64,000 nucleotides of DNA from the human T2T-CHM13v2.0 reference genome, Homo sapiens, in assembly GCF_009914755.1 (NCBI RefSeq), contig NC_060937.1. One strand, 5' to 3'. Made by a program: the position numbers and the translations under genes. Below the pieces are notes generated by a model that worked only from the letters and a program-made list of their open reading frames with translations, was not told where the DNA came from and did no database searches. Below are positions 1-14,228 of this stretch, one piece after another; the stretch's first letter is position 1, and each line of letters begins with the position of its first letter.

Positions 1-451
<451 letters not shown>

Positions 452-694
452 CTTCTTACTTTTTTTTTTTTTTTTTTTTGACATATCAATTTCTTCTCAG
501 TGGCAGGAGTCATTCTGGGATTGCCAGCACCAAGCACAATGAGAGAGCCTGATAAATAAACTTGATAAATAGATGTTGAATGAGTGGAAAAAGAAAAGGG
601 TGAGATTTGAAGCAGCTAAAATAGGCCTACGGAGGATGTGCTTTAGAATAGAAATGGAGGAAAGGATAGAAATGGAAAGCACATAAAAGCTCTC

Positions 695-1062
695 TGTTAA
701 GGGCCGAATTGTGTCCCCCCTAACATTCATAGGTCAAAGCCCTAATCCCCAGTACCTCCACATGTGACTGTATTTGGAGACAGGGCCTTTACAGAGCTGA
801 TTAAGGAAAAATGAGGCCCTTATGGTGGGCCTTAATCCAATCAGCTGGTGTCTCTTAAGAAATTAGGACACAGACACACACAGAGGGTAGACCTTGTGAA
901 GACACAGGGTGAAGACGGCCACCTGTAAGCCAAGGAGGGAGGCCTCAGAAGAAACCAAGCCTGCTGACACCTTAATCTTGAACTTCCAGCTTCTAGAACT
1001 GTGAGAAATACGTTTCTGTCGTTTAAGCTACCCAATCTGTGGTACTTTATTACAGCAGCCCA
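695..1062 (+). mobile_element. MaLR solo LTR (MLT1A/B-like)
   Basis: TGTTAAGGGCCGAATTGTGTCCCCC start, GACTGTATTTGGAGACAGGGCCTTTA, ATCTTGAACTTCCAGCTTCTAGAACTGTGAGAAATA, TGTGGTACTTTATTACAGCAGCC: typical MLT1 motifs. Confidence 0.85.
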
Positions 1063-1074
1063 AAGAAGATTTCT

Positions 1075-1354
1075 TTTATTTTCTTTTCTCTGTCACTCAG
1101 GCTGGAGTGCAGTGGCACAATCATGGCTCACTGCAGCCTTGAGCTCCTGGACTCTTACAACCCTCCTGCCCCAGCCTCCCAAGTAGCTTGGACACCAGGT
1201 GTACACCACTATGCCTGGCTGACTTTTTACTGTTTTGTACAGACAGGGCTTCTCTGTGTTGCTTAGGCTGGCCTCATACTCCTGGCCTCAGTGATCTTTC
1301 TGCCTTGGCCTCCCAAAACATTGAGATTACAGTTGTGAGCTACCTTACCTGGCC
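1075..1354 (-). mobile_element. Alu SINE (AluJ-like)
   Basis: Diverged reverse Alu; AAGATTTCT at 1066-1074 and 1356-1364 as TSD. Confidence 0.9.
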
Positions 1355-2944
1355 TAAGATTTCTAATTAAAAGAAATCTTCCCCATCTTTTATTTCTCAT
1401 CTGTTAGAAACCAAAAGTTATTTTTCTCCACACTCAACTTTTCCTTGTATATGAAAATGGAAACCATTCCACCATTGACATGGGTGGGAATCCTGGCAGG
1501 TGTTTTGGTTTCCTGTCCCCTCACTTCAGTTGAGCAGTTGTGCAGCAGTGGCCAAGCCTGTAGGTGCATTGCTCAGCAGTGGGTCACCAGCCACATGTAC
1601 AGAACAGCACTCGCTTTGTGTCTCACTGGGTCTAAGTACTGACAATTCGGTGATTGTTTGTTTCCAATGTGGAATCCCCTGGTTCTGGGGCCAACAGAGC
1701 TGGCTCTCGTTCCAGGGCAAACTTAACAAACAAGTTCAAGGTGAGGGCCATGTGCACTTTACAGAGGTCCCACATGAGAGCTATAAAACCAAGAACCTGC
1801 CAAAAGACACGTGAATAATAGGTAGTCCTGTAGAGAAAGAGACAACAAAAGAAAAATCTTGTTCCTAAGTTCACTGAAGATTCTAGATAAAGCAGATCGA
1901 GTGAGTTTCAGCAAATATGGGGTCAGGGATTCAAAAGGTAGCCATGTAGTAAAGTCTGTGCACTATTCCGAACACTTGGGGAATTGACTGATAGGATTCT
2001 AGTGCATTTGCTCTCTGAAAACTATATTTCTGGGAACCTTCAGATTAAGTACAACATGAAAAGATGATAAGGACGGGGAAAAAAAAAAAGAAGAAATTTA
2101 TGCTTGCCAGAATAGTGGAGGGAATAAATAGAGCTTTTACAGCTCTATCAGGTGAAGGAAATACTAGAAATTAAAGCAGATATTAAGTCTAGGAGGAAAG
2201 TGAAATGCAAGATGATCACACAGTGGCTGGGTACTCAAGTGCCCTTTTGAACAAGAGGCAAAAAAAAAAAAAAAAAAAAAAAGCTCAAGCCTGGTTCTCC
2301 ACTCAGTCAGTTATGTGGCCATGGCAGTGAAAATGCTGTATGTACGCAGGCACAGTGGAAACTGTCCCCAGAGAAACAAGCACTCCTCATCACAGTCTCT
2401 ACTATGTTGTCCCAAGGAGCCCGAAAAATGGTTGCCAAATGTTAAAAAGAAATACCCAAGGCCCTAGGAGGGAATAAAAGCAAATGTACTTGCTTTCGAC
2501 TTCAGCTGTTTCTCTCAGAAAATATGAAAAGCAAATAGTGTCAATTCTGAGTTTATGGACATTCATAGAGAAAAATCACCTCCTCACCAAAGGTACCTCC
2601 ATGCCAACTCTTAACACTCTTATATTTATATGTCTGTGAATTCCACATAGGAAATAGAACAGCCCAATGACAGCGCCTACGTCAGCTTTTCTTCCCTGCA
2701 TTTTCAGTTTTTATTGAAACTATAGACTTGGTAAGAAAAAAATGGGAGTTCCCAGATCCCAGAGCAGCCTCTTCTCCTCTTTCTGTTTTAGTCTTTGGTG
2801 GGAACTCTCACAGAACTCTAATAAGATGTGTACTGCTCTATCGGCACGTTAAATCTAGGTGGTAATTTTTAAGTCCTGTTATGCAAGATGCTCACTCGCA
2901 CTATTCTGGTGCTTCTCACAATTTTAATTATTATGCTTAGTTCT

Positions 2945-3321
2945 TATCTTAGTCCATTTGTGCTGCTATAGTACGATATCACAAACTGGGTTATTTATAA
3001 AGAACGAAATTGATTTCTCAGTTCTGGAGTCTGGGAGACCAAGATCAGGGCACTGGTAGGCTCGGTGTCTGGATAGGGCCTGATCCTGGCTTCCAAGAGG
3101 GGCCTTGCTGCTGTGCCCTCTGGAGGGGTGAATGCTGTGCCATCGCCCGGCTGCAGGGGGAAGGGGGGACACGCCCCTCAAGCCCTTTTATAGGGTTACT
3201 AATCCATGAGAGCTCCACCCTCGTGATTTAATCACCGCCTAAAGGCTCCACCTCTTAATGCCAACATATTGTTGATTACATTTCAACACGTGAATTCGGG
3301 AGACACATTCAGACCACAGCA
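2945..3321 (-). mobile_element. MaLR solo LTR (MST/MLT1A-like)
   Basis: TCTTAGTCCATTTGTGCTGCTATA...CAGTTCTGGAGTCTGGGAGACCAAGATCA...ACACATTCAGACCACAGCA, the reverse MaLR LTR pattern. Confidence 0.85.
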
Positions 3322-3972
3322 GTGCTTCCTCTGATTCCCTTCGCACCTTTGCACCGAGGCTTAAACCTCCGTTTCTTGTTCTCTCAGTATTGAACTTAAC
3401 CCCTAGTGGGACGTGTGCCTGTTTATATTTTACAATAAAGGCCTCTGTGACTCACTGTGGGTGCGTGGGCTTTGAGGAGTGCAGCCCTAGGATGGGAGCC
3501 TGCCTGGGACTCTTGTGAAACGGGACCTGCCTACTGAAGGAAACTGCTTTAGGGAGGGCTTGTGCCAGGACACTCACCCTTGCAGCCAGGATTCTCCTGA
3601 GGCAGTTTATTTAATTTCTTTTTGGAAGAACCTTCCAGTTTGGAGCCTGGGAGTAAATGCCGGCTGCTTTTCATGGTAGAGGGGCGGGGGGAAGCCTGAT
3701 GCTGGGACCCCTAGGCTGCATCCAGTGAGCTCCTGCAGCTCCGCACCTTTCCTCATCTCACCTTTCAAGCCTAGAGGCCCCGAGCCCACAGTTCCTTGGG
3801 ATTTTTCGGAAAGATTGGCGCCCACGTTCCCGCCCCCAACCTCTTCTGTGACTACTCTGGGCTGCAGTTTACTCTCCTGGGTTTCACCTAGTAACACATT
3901 TGTATTTGCTTTGTCTTCCAGAAATGTTTAAAAATCTCTCTTCCCTGCTTGTAGCCCACACTCCAGCTCTCT

Positions 3973-4510
3973 CTTTTATTTTATTTTATTTTTTAAAATT
4001 ATACTTTAAGTTCTAGGGTACATGTGCTCAATGTGCAGGTTTGTTACATATGTATACATGTGCCACGTTGGTTTGCTGCAGCCATTAACTCATTTACATT
4101 AGGTATTTCTCCTAATGCTATCCCTCTCCTTTTCCCGCACCCCACAACAGGCCCTGATGTGTGATGTTCCCGCCCTCTGTCCAAGTGTTCTCATTGTTCA
4201 GTTCCCACCTATGAGTGAAAACATGCGGTGTTTGGTTTTCTGTTCTTGTGATAGTTTCCTGAGAATGATGGTTTCCAGCTGCATCCATGTCCCTGCAAAG
4301 GACATGAACTCATCCTTTTTTATGGCTACATAGTATTCCATGGTGGATATGTGCCACATTTTCTTAATCCGGTCTATCATTGATGGGCATTTGGGTTGGT
4401 TCCAAGTCTTTACTATGGTGAATAGTGCTGCAATAAACATACGTGTCAATGTGTCTTTATAGTGCATGATTTATAATTCTTTGGGTATATACCCAGTAAT
4501 GAGATTGCTT
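3973..4510 (-). mobile_element. 5'-truncated L1PA (ORF2 C-terminus + 3' UTR + poly-A)
   Basis: ORF 4198..4467 (TRMFIAALFTIVKTWNQPKCPSMIDRIKKMWHI...QEQKTKHRMFSLIGGN*) is the L1 ORF2p C-terminus; 17-bp TSD CCACACTCCAGCTCTCT at 3956-3972 and 4511-4527. Confidence 0.95.
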
Positions 4511-4799
4511 CCACACTCCAGCTCTCTTTAATGTTGGCCATTCATTCTCTTCTGTTTTCCCTTACTGTCATTTGGAGGTCTTAAAAGGGTGACAAGATAG
4601 AGATAGAGGCAGAGGTAGAGGTAGATAGAGACACTCAGGGGTTTTCTCCTTGTCCTGAGGCAGCCATATTGAATCAGAACTAGAACCTACGGAAACTCTT
4701 TAAAAATGACCTGATACTAACCCTATCCTTTTGGAGCCTTTTTTGCCCCCCAGATTACATGGATAGACTGTAATTCCCTTAACCAGCACCACTAGGAGG

Positions 4800-5100
4800 T
4801 TGTTTGTACATTTTACTCTGGTAAATACATCTGCAATGAATATAGTTGCATGAATAATATCACCTGTGCCCATCACCACCTGTTTCCTTGGGATATATTT
4901 CTAGAAGTGAAATTGTTGAATCAAAGGTGGCACCTTTTTAAGGCTTTCCATACACATTGCCAAATTGCCTTACAGAAAGTTTGTATCAAGTTTTCACTCC
5001 CATTCCATGTGAGAACTAATTTTCTTTCTATCTCGGATGCTCTTATGCTTTTAGAATTGCAAATTTGGCAGCGGGACATGTCATTTTGTTTCCATTTTTG
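4800..5100 (-). mobile_element. Ancient L1M fragment
   Basis: TTCCTTGGGATATATTTCTAGAAGTGAAATTGTTGAATCAAAGG...CATTGCCAAATTGCCTTACAGAAAG resembles the reverse L1ME ORF2 end. Confidence 0.6.
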
Positions 5101-5614
5101 GCTGACTTTATTGTTAACTACATCACTCCAGCTATAGGGTAAATAATGGCACTTTGTTTCTTTACCTTCTCTGGCTTTCCAGAGGAAGTGGGAGCAGTAA
5201 AAGCTGGAGCACACAGAATCAATGCAGCTGTGTTCTGCTCGCTGAGCCGGCTCTCCCAGAACCAGCTCAGCTCTGCCAGCCTCAAGAGCATTGGTCAAGG
5301 AGTGAGGAAGGGAGGGGAGGATGGCTCTACCTCAGACCTCATTCTCCCTTGTGCAATGAATTCTACAGGGAATAAGGGGAAAATGAGGACAAACCTTGGG
5401 AGGGGACTGCATTTTAGGACTAGGATTGATGGAAACAGATCCAGACTCACTTAATATTGTAATATGTCCATGGGTCAACTCCAAACCCCTTGACTCTGCC
5501 GGCTGCTGTAGAGATGAATTGCTTCACTTGAATCTGCATCAGCCCCCAGTCTAAGCCTAATCTTTACTGCCTCCTAAGGCGGTGGAGAAGCAGGGTTTGT
5601 GGGTAAATAACCAT

Positions 5615-5800
5615 TTGTTATTCATTCATCAAACCTTGAGCAAACACTTGCCATGGGCCAGACACTGGGCTAGATCCTGCGGACACAGAAAGGAAACAAA
5701 CATGCCCCCGCTGATGAGGTTCTTAGAAGCTATTTGGGGAATACATATGTAACCTAGGATAACTGAGCAATAATTGTAGAAACTGTAAAGCAGATTACAC
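5615..5800 (-). mobile_element. L2 3'-end fragment
   Basis: TTATTCATTCATCAAAC...GGGCCAGACACTGGGCTAGA, the reverse L2 tail pattern. Confidence 0.55.
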
Positions 5801-5939
5801 ATGGGAAAGGGCAGATCTTTCCACCCAATAACCAACTTGAGATAAGGAAGTTAAGAATAAACACCAAGGTTTTTGGACCCCTGCTAAAGACTGAAATATG
5901 TTTGCACCATCTCTGCGCATAGCATATTCTTGATTATCT

Positions 5940-6230
5940 CTTTTTATTTTTTATTTTTTGAGGTGGAGTCTTGCTCTTGACCAGGCTGGACTTCAGTGAT
6001 GCAGTCCTAGCCTCGAACTCCTGAACTCCAGTGATCCTCCTACCTCAGTCTCCCAAGTAGCTGGGACTACAGATACTTGACACCATGTATGGCTGATTTT
6101 TTTTGTATTCTTCTAGAAATGGGGTCTTGCTATGTTGCCCAGGCTGGTCTTGAACCCCTGCTTTCAAGTGATCCTCCCACCTTGACCTCCCAAAGAGGCC
6201 AGATACATGCATGAGCCACCACACACAGCC
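5940..6230 (-). mobile_element. Alu SINE (AluJ-like)
   Basis: Reverse Alu with T-rich tail and small internal deletion. Confidence 0.9.
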
Positions 6231-6446
6231 AACTCCCTCTTTATTAATAAAAATAATAAAAGAGGCTAGTGAAAAAAAAATTCTAACAAACTATAATATC
6301 TTCCATCCTCTCCATCTCCGTTGCTAGTACCTTAATTCAGATACTCATTATTTTATCTCTCTAACATGAATCTTGCCTCCTGGAATCTATCCTTCCAGGG
6401 GGACTTTGATTGCATCCTCTCTGTCCTGCCTCCCCACCCCCACCCC

Positions 6447-6740
<294 letters not shown>

Positions 6741-7574
6741 TAATGTAATCAAATTGATCATTTTTTCCTGTTTTCTAATGTGAAACCATCCTTGCATTTC
6801 CTACTTGGTCATGATAGCTATTTTAAAATAGATTGTTAGAATTTCTTTGCTAATGTCTTGTTTCACTATTTTGCCTCCGGGCTTATAATGCAGACTAACT
6901 CATAATCTCCCCATTTATGTTTCCTTGTTTGATGTTGGTGTTGAGGTTATACTGCCTCTATCCAATCAGCGGAAGCACTTTCTCATTCTTATATTCTCTA
7001 GATCGTTTTGAATTGGATAAAGACTCTTGTTCTTGACAGTTGGCAAATGGTAGTTCTTTGGCCTCATCTTCTAAAAGCAGCATTTTTATACAGTTGATGC
7101 ATCTTCTCTAGTTGGCCCACAGGACACTCTCTAGGCTGTCCTTCAGTCTCACTTACAGTGGAAATGTCCTTTCCTTTCTGCACTTCTGCCCCCCATTCCT
7201 TCTTGCAAAGCTGAGTTATTGGCCAGACACCAATTAAAACAGATTGTTCTCTCCTCTGGCATTGTAGCAAAGCTGTTTGGTTTGACCTAAACATTTTCCA
7301 TTTACAATAAAAATCTACCCTTAACTCACTGGGTCAGTTTGCTACTCTGCTCTTGTTGCCCCTACAGCACCTTCTGTGCCACTCTGTAGTGCTCCCCACA
7401 TTGTACGACAATCAATCCTACACGTGTTTTATCTCCAACCAGAACTTGAGCTCAGTATACACTGTGCTTTGTTCATCCTTGTACTTCCCATGCTGAAGAG
7501 TTGAATTCTCATGCTCAGCCACGGAAGTAGCAAGGATGCAATCCATTTTTGCATCCCATTTCTTGTGCCAGGCA

Positions 7575-7596
7575 TACACACACACACACACACACA
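7575..7596. repeat. (CA)n microsatellite within an L2-like 3' end
   Basis: About ten CA units followed by AAATGTTTGTTGGATAAATGAA. Confidence 0.85.
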
Positions 7597-8314
7597 AACC
7601 CAGTAAATGTTTGTTGGATAAATGAACAAAATGTTCTTATCAGCTAAACACAAACAGCTCATTACAGCTGTTTGTTTGTTATATTATCACTGTGTAACAG
7701 GAGGTGCTGATGTCTCAGTCTTCATCTACTTTCTCAGTCTTGATCCACAGTTCTCTGTTCTCTGCCTTCATGGGCTGGGCACTCATCCTTCTTCTGTAAG
7801 ACCTTCCATGTCTCGTAGTAGTATGATTTGGTCTTTGCTGTCATTGCTTCAGATTCTTACCCACGCATTCACTCTCTTATTCTATTTCCATTGCTCTGTT
7901 GCTAAGGCCTCCTTTCTATGGTTCAGATTTCCTTGAGCGTTTTCTAGAATTCTACTGATTTATAATTCATTCTAGCAGACTCAACAGGAGGGGCTACTTA
8001 CTGTAATGAGTCACAGCCAAGAAAGTCTGGCTTCCTGGAAGCCTAGGTTCCCAGGCATAGCCTCCCCCAGAAACTAGAACAAATGCTGTCACTGAGGGAC
8101 TTCTCGGCTCTCTTTCCTAAAGTTTCCTGAAATGCTACTTGAAAGGCTAACCGGACAATGTCCACTTTAAGTTTTAGTTTTGTAAACCACTATGTGCAAA
8201 CCACTATATCTGCACGTGCCAAAGGAAAACATATTTTTACATCAGTTATTTAATATCCTAGGCAAAAGTTACTTTGGTTCAAATCATCCTTAGTAGTGAC
8301 ACCAATTCTCTTGA

Positions 8315-8556
<242 letters not shown>

Positions 8557-8611
8557 AAAGCTACTTCTGTAAAACAAGCATATTATCTTTTTAAATGAAG
8601 CAAGAAAATAA

Positions 8612-8953
<342 letters not shown>

Positions 8954-9370
8954 TCAAGGATGTGTTACAAGTTTGCAGATTTGCAAAGTGTTCTCCGTGG
9001 TTATGGGTTTGATCTTTCATACAGATTACTTGAGGGATGAAAATGTTTTCTACAAGTCTGAATGTGGAAGAGTAATTCAGTTTCTTATTAGTGCTTATCT
9101 AAGAGGTGCAAGACATTCATATGCAGTGTAGAAGGACAAGTGTAGACTTTGGTTAGATTGTATAATTCAGATGTGCTACAAGGTGCAACAGAAGCTTTCC
9201 AGAAACAGCTTTTGGAGAGACTGCCCGCCAGTTTTTTGAAAGCCTACAAAAGAACAATTGATATTCCTCTTTGTGGGGGTCTGTCCAATCAGATTGTGAA
9301 TCTTTCTCATTGCTTTCTGAGAGTTAGAATTGATTGAAAACCAATATGCGAGCATATAGAAGCTAATTCA

Positions 9371-9432
9371 GTGTGCACGTGTGTGCCTGCATGTGTGCAC
9401 ATGCGCGTGTGTGTGCATGTGTGCACACATGT
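9371..9432. repeat. Alternating purine-pyrimidine (TG/CA/CG) tract
   Basis: GTGTGCACGTGTGTGCCTGCATGTGTGCACATGCGCGTGTGTGTGCATGTGTGCACACATGT. Confidence 0.85.
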
Positions 9433-9617
9433 AGAGCCTGTCCTAGTGCCTTACCACAGCAGACTACTTGGTGAGCAGGAAAGAGAGCTGGCCAGCACAC
9501 ACTTGGCCTGGTGCTGCCTCCACTGTTTCTCTTGGCATCTCAGGCTGTCAACTGGCTGCCACATTGATTCAAGGCTGTCATTTTTTTTTGTTTTTAGATG
9601 ATTTCTTCCATTTTTGA

Positions 9618-10023
<406 letters not shown>

Positions 10024-10343
10024 TGACTCTGACAGGAGGAATTTCCAGAAACATTGTTTTAGGGGAGGAGACAAGGTTTCTTGTTTGCCGTATATGCTCC
10101 TGCAGAGAAGAGGAAGTGACCGTGGAGGCCATCTGGCCCTGTGTTTTGATATGGCAAAATTAATGAATGCAATCAGAAGACCTTTGAGCAAGAAAGTACC
10201 CTGGAACAACCCAATTTGGACTGCAAGTATTAGTTGGGTCTTCCAGGTGCCTCTCACAGCAGCAGTCATGGCAGCAGTGACTCTAGCCATGTCCATGACC
10301 AACTGCTGCATAACAAATAGCCCCGAGACTCAGCAGCTTACAA

Positions 10344-10667
10344 CAGGGTCCCCAGCCCACAGACTGGCACTGGTCCATGGCTTGTTAGGAACCTGACTGC
10401 GCAGCAGAAGGTGAGTGAGCATTACTGCCTGAGCTCTGCCACCTGTCAGATCATCAGGGGCATTAGATTCTCATAGGAGCGTGAACCCTATTGCAAACCG
10501 CGCATGCGAAGGATGTACGTTGCGTGCTCCTTATGAGAATCTAACTAATGCCTGATGATTTGAGGTGGAACAGTTTCATCCCCAAACCATCTCTCTCCCT
10601 TCATGTCCATGGAAAAATTGTCTTCTACAAAACCAGTCCGTGGTGCCAAAAAGGTTGGAGACTGCTG
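10344..10667 (+). mobile_element. MER1B (hAT-Charlie non-autonomous DNA transposon)
   Basis: CAGGGTCCCC...GCATTAGATTCTCATAGGAGCGTGAACCCTATTG...GGTGCCAAAAAGGTTGGAGACTGCTG; 8-bp hAT TSD GCTTACAA (10336-10343) / GTTTACAA (10668-10675). Confidence 0.9.
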
Positions 10668-11102
10668 GTTTACAACCGCAATGAACATTCATCATCCCAC
10701 ACAGTGTCAGAGGGTCGGGAACACGGGTGCCCTGCCTGTGTGCTTCCGGTTCCAGATTTCTCAGTGGGTTGTGATCAAGGTATCAGCGGAGGCCGTATTC
10801 ATCTGCAAGCTTGACCAGGAATAGAAGAGCCACTTCATGGGTGGCTCACTCAGATGCCAGCAGGTCAGTGCTGGTGGCTGGCAGGCAGCCTCAGCTCCTC
10901 ACCTCATGGATCTCTCCTGAGCACAGTTTTCCTGTCCTTACAACCTGGTAGCTGGCTTCTCCAGAGCAGGTGACTCAGGAGAGGACAAGGTGAGAGCCAC
11001 AGAACCTTATGATCTAGTCTCAGAAGTCACACGCCATCATTTCTGCAATGTCATTTTGGGGTTCCAGGTCAGCTGTATCACTGTGGGAGGTGAGTATATA
11101 GA

Positions 11103-11447
11103 TGTCCTAGACCATTCAGGCTGCTATGACAGAACACCATGAACTGAGTGGCTCATGAACAACAGAAATTTCCCACAGTTCTGTAGGCTGGGAAATCCAA
11201 GATCAAGGTGGCAGCAGGTTCAGCGTCTGCTAAGCTCCTGCTTTTCATGGATTGCATCTTCTCACTGTGTCCTCACGTGATGGACAGAGCAAATGAGCTC
11301 TCAGGCACTAGTCCCAGCCATGAGGACTCTGCTTTCATGACTCATCACTCCGCAAAGGCCCACCTCCATCAGAAGACAGCTGCTAACTGCAGCTGCCATC
11401 CTCCAAGACGGGAGACACAGAATTGGGGGACATATACATTGAGATCT
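11103..11447 (-). mobile_element. MLT1A-like solo LTR
   Basis: CCATTCAGGCTGCTATGACAGAACACCAT...GGCTGGGAAATCCAAGATCAAGGTG...GGGGGACATATACATT. Confidence 0.8.
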
Positions 11448-11529
11448 GAAAGGCCTGGACAGCAGCAGGTGGGGATCGTGGGGGCATCTTGGAGGGTGGC
11501 TGCCGCAGTAGCATTTCCTGAGCCCATGC

Positions 11530-11720
11530 TTTCTGCCTTGCACTCATCTCCTGCACTTGATCTTCATTATCTCAGGCAGTCCCCACAACGACTGTATCTA
11601 GGAGTTCATTTTACCCTCATTTTACAGATGAAACGTCTCAGAGGGTAATGTGCTTGCCCAGTGTCTCACAAATGCAAAGTCACTGAGGTAGGATTTCAAC
11701 CTAGGTCCAATCATCTCTGC
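11530..11720 (-). mobile_element. MIR
   Basis: Core CATTTTACAGATGAAA...GCTTGCCCA. Confidence 0.6.
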
Positions 11721-11739
11721 AGCATTAGGGGTTCACCAT

Positions 11740-12124
11740 TGCCATAGACTTAACTGTGTCCCCCAAAATTTGTATGTTGAAGCCCTACCAGCCCCCCCCC
11801 CCCAATGTGCTGATGTTTGGAGAAAGGGCCTTTGGGAGGTAATTAGGTTTAGATGAGATCATGAGGGTGGGACTCTCATAATGGCATTAATGCCATCAGG
11901 TGAAGAGATACCAGAGACCTTGTGTCCTCTCTCTCTGCAATGTGAGGACACAGTGAGAAGGCAGCTGTCTGCAAGCTGGGAAGAGAGTACTGACCAGGAA
12001 CTTAATCAGAGGGCATCTTGATCTTGGACTTCCCAGCCTCCAGAACTCTGAAAAGTTAATGTCTATTATTTAAGCCACGCAGTCTATGGAATTTTGTTAG
12101 AGCCAACCCAAGCTTACTAAGATA
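11740..12124 (+). mobile_element. MLT1A-like solo LTR
   Basis: TGTGTCCCCCAAAATTTGTATGTTGAAGCCCTA...GGGCCTTTGGGAGGTAATTAGGTTTAGATGAG...ATCTTGGACTTCCCAGCCTCCAGAACT. Confidence 0.9.
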
Positions 12125-13519
12125 ATCAGTATGCTGCACTTTCTATAAATGTAATTTTTACATTTATAAAAACAAAACAAGAGATTTGCTGCTCTATAAC
12201 AACTGTACCTACATTGTAGATGGAATAACAAATCTACATACAGATTTAGTAATCTCTATGTAGATATAGAACATAGTGTATCTAATAAAGACATAGTGTC
12301 TGTGGTCTGATGTTAATTTTAGGAATTAGCCGTCACTGATTGGGCCTTGTCCAGGTATTCTTCTCCCTTGTCCTGGCTCTGTAACCTAGTTATCCTTGTC
12401 TTTGCTAACCCATAACCAACTATTGTATCAGGACTATTATGCCACTACAGATGATGCAGTTTGGGTTTACTGTTTCTCACCATTTAGACAATACTTCATC
12501 AAATATATTTCTGTATGACTTTAGTGATGTCAGTTTTTGATTCATTCCTGCATAGATCTGGGCAAATTGTAGACCTTAGGAGGTGTATTCACCATCCAGT
12601 TCTCTGGAACTGCTTATGACATTTTTCTCTGAGCTTTCTTGTCCCAAAAGGAGCCTTCCTAAAATAGTCTTTAAGTGCCTTTAAAAAGAGAAAGAGAAAT
12701 TAAGAGAAAAAAAACCCCAAACTCATTCCTTTACTCTGATGTGACAGTCCTCCCAGGACACTGCAGTGGCCTGAGTTTTGCTGTTAATTTCATTCACTTA
12801 TGTTTGGGCTATGTAAATTCTGCCTAGAGCTGGAATGTCATTATGTAAAGAAATATTTTTTGTTTATATTCTTTAATAGTACCAGTAATGTATATCTTAT
12901 TCAGCTTCGAGAATATAATTGGGTTGTTTATAAAAACCACACATCATCAAACTCACATTGTAACGATTATTTCACTTTTCAAAAAAAATGGCATTAGAAA
13001 AACTTGAATGATGTTAGTTATCTTAAAGAAGTGTGTACTATGTTTTTCTGGCTGTCAGCTCCATTTGTTACAACCAACTACAGATTATAAATTGGTTGAT
13101 CAAAACTCTAAAACAGAAAACCACAAGCCCCAATATTATGAGGAAATCTGGAACAGCACGTAACTCCAAACCTGAGCGTAGACCACCACCGCAGAAGCCA
13201 GGTGCTGGGAAAAAGCACTCTGTGTTCCACCACCTGACATTGCTCTGTGCCTCAGAGCACTCACTCCCCATCATGGTCTCTTTTTACCAACAGGGGTCTA
13301 ATCCCTAATTTATAGATAAGTTATTTCTAATTTACAACAGAAAAATGCCACATGTACAAAATTGCTTATGCATTGCTGAAAATTACAAAACTACTCTTAC
13401 TAGTTACTCCTGGCACGTGTGGATTATTTATACCTGATATATTCAGGAAACAAGGAATTCCTAAGCACCAGAAGCTCAATTCACTGAAATGTAGAATCAT
13501 TACAAAGCACATGTCAGAT

Positions 13520-13712
13520 GTGGCTCATTCATTCCAAGCTTGTAGCCTGCATCAGTCTCCTAGGTGGTTTATTAAAACACAGATGACTTAAGCCCCACCC
13601 CCTGAATTTCTGACCCAGTGGGTCTGGGGTAGGGTCTGAGAATCTGCATTTTCACCAAGTTCCTGGTGATGCTGGTGCAGTAGCTTCAGGAAGCACACCC
13701 CAAGCAGGACTG
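13520..13712. mobile_element. MER5A-like DNA transposon
   Basis: TTAAAACACAGAT...CCCCACCCCC...GGTCTGGGGTAGGGTCTGAGAATCTGCATTTTCACCAAGTTCC. Confidence 0.75.
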
Positions 13713-13917
13713 CATCACTGTGTTTCTTAGGGAGAGGGACCACATGATAGTCTTACCCATCTGCAGCCCTGGTGTGGTGCCTAGCACATAATCACCTCTC
13801 AATAGCAAATAACAGCAACAGGAAGAAGAACTAACTGTTATTTGGCTAACCACACGCTGGTTCCCGTGTTCAGTAAGAACTTTACAAAGATTCCAACTCT
13901 GTCAGGTAGACGCTACA

Positions 13918-14228
13918 TTTTTCTTTTCTTTTCTTTTTTTTTTTTGAGATGGAGTCTTGTTCTGTTGCCCGGGCTGGAGTGCAGTGGTGTGATCTCGGCT
14001 TACTGCAACCTCCACCTCCTGGGTTCAAGTGATTCTCCTTCCTCAGCCTCCTGAGTAGTTGGGCCTGCAGGCGCCTGCCACCGCTCCCTGCTAATTTTTT
14101 TTGTATTTTTAGTAGAGACAAGGTTTTACCATGTTAGCCAGGATGGTCTCGATCTCCTGACCTTGTGATCTGCCCGCCTCGGCCTCCCAAAGAGCTGAGA
14201 TTACAGGCGTGAGCCACCGCGCCCGGCT
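13918..14228 (-). mobile_element. Alu SINE (AluS) inserted in a MIR
   Basis: Full reverse Alu; MIR core CCCATTTTATAGAGGGAAAAATGGAG resumes right after it. Confidence 0.95.

Larger units (their letters stand above)
10295..11507 (-). mobile_element. Old MLT1-type LTR split by nested MER1B and MLT1A
   Basis: CTGCTGCATAACAAAT...CTCAGCAGCTTA start, GAAGTCACACGCCATCATTTCTGC middle, GGGGGCATCTTGGAGGGTGGCTGCCGCA end. Confidence 0.65.

Noticed and set aside
2260-2282. Orphan poly-A run as a tail-only retro-insertion
   Set aside because: No element body and no convincing TSD; a mononucleotide microsatellite is sufficient.
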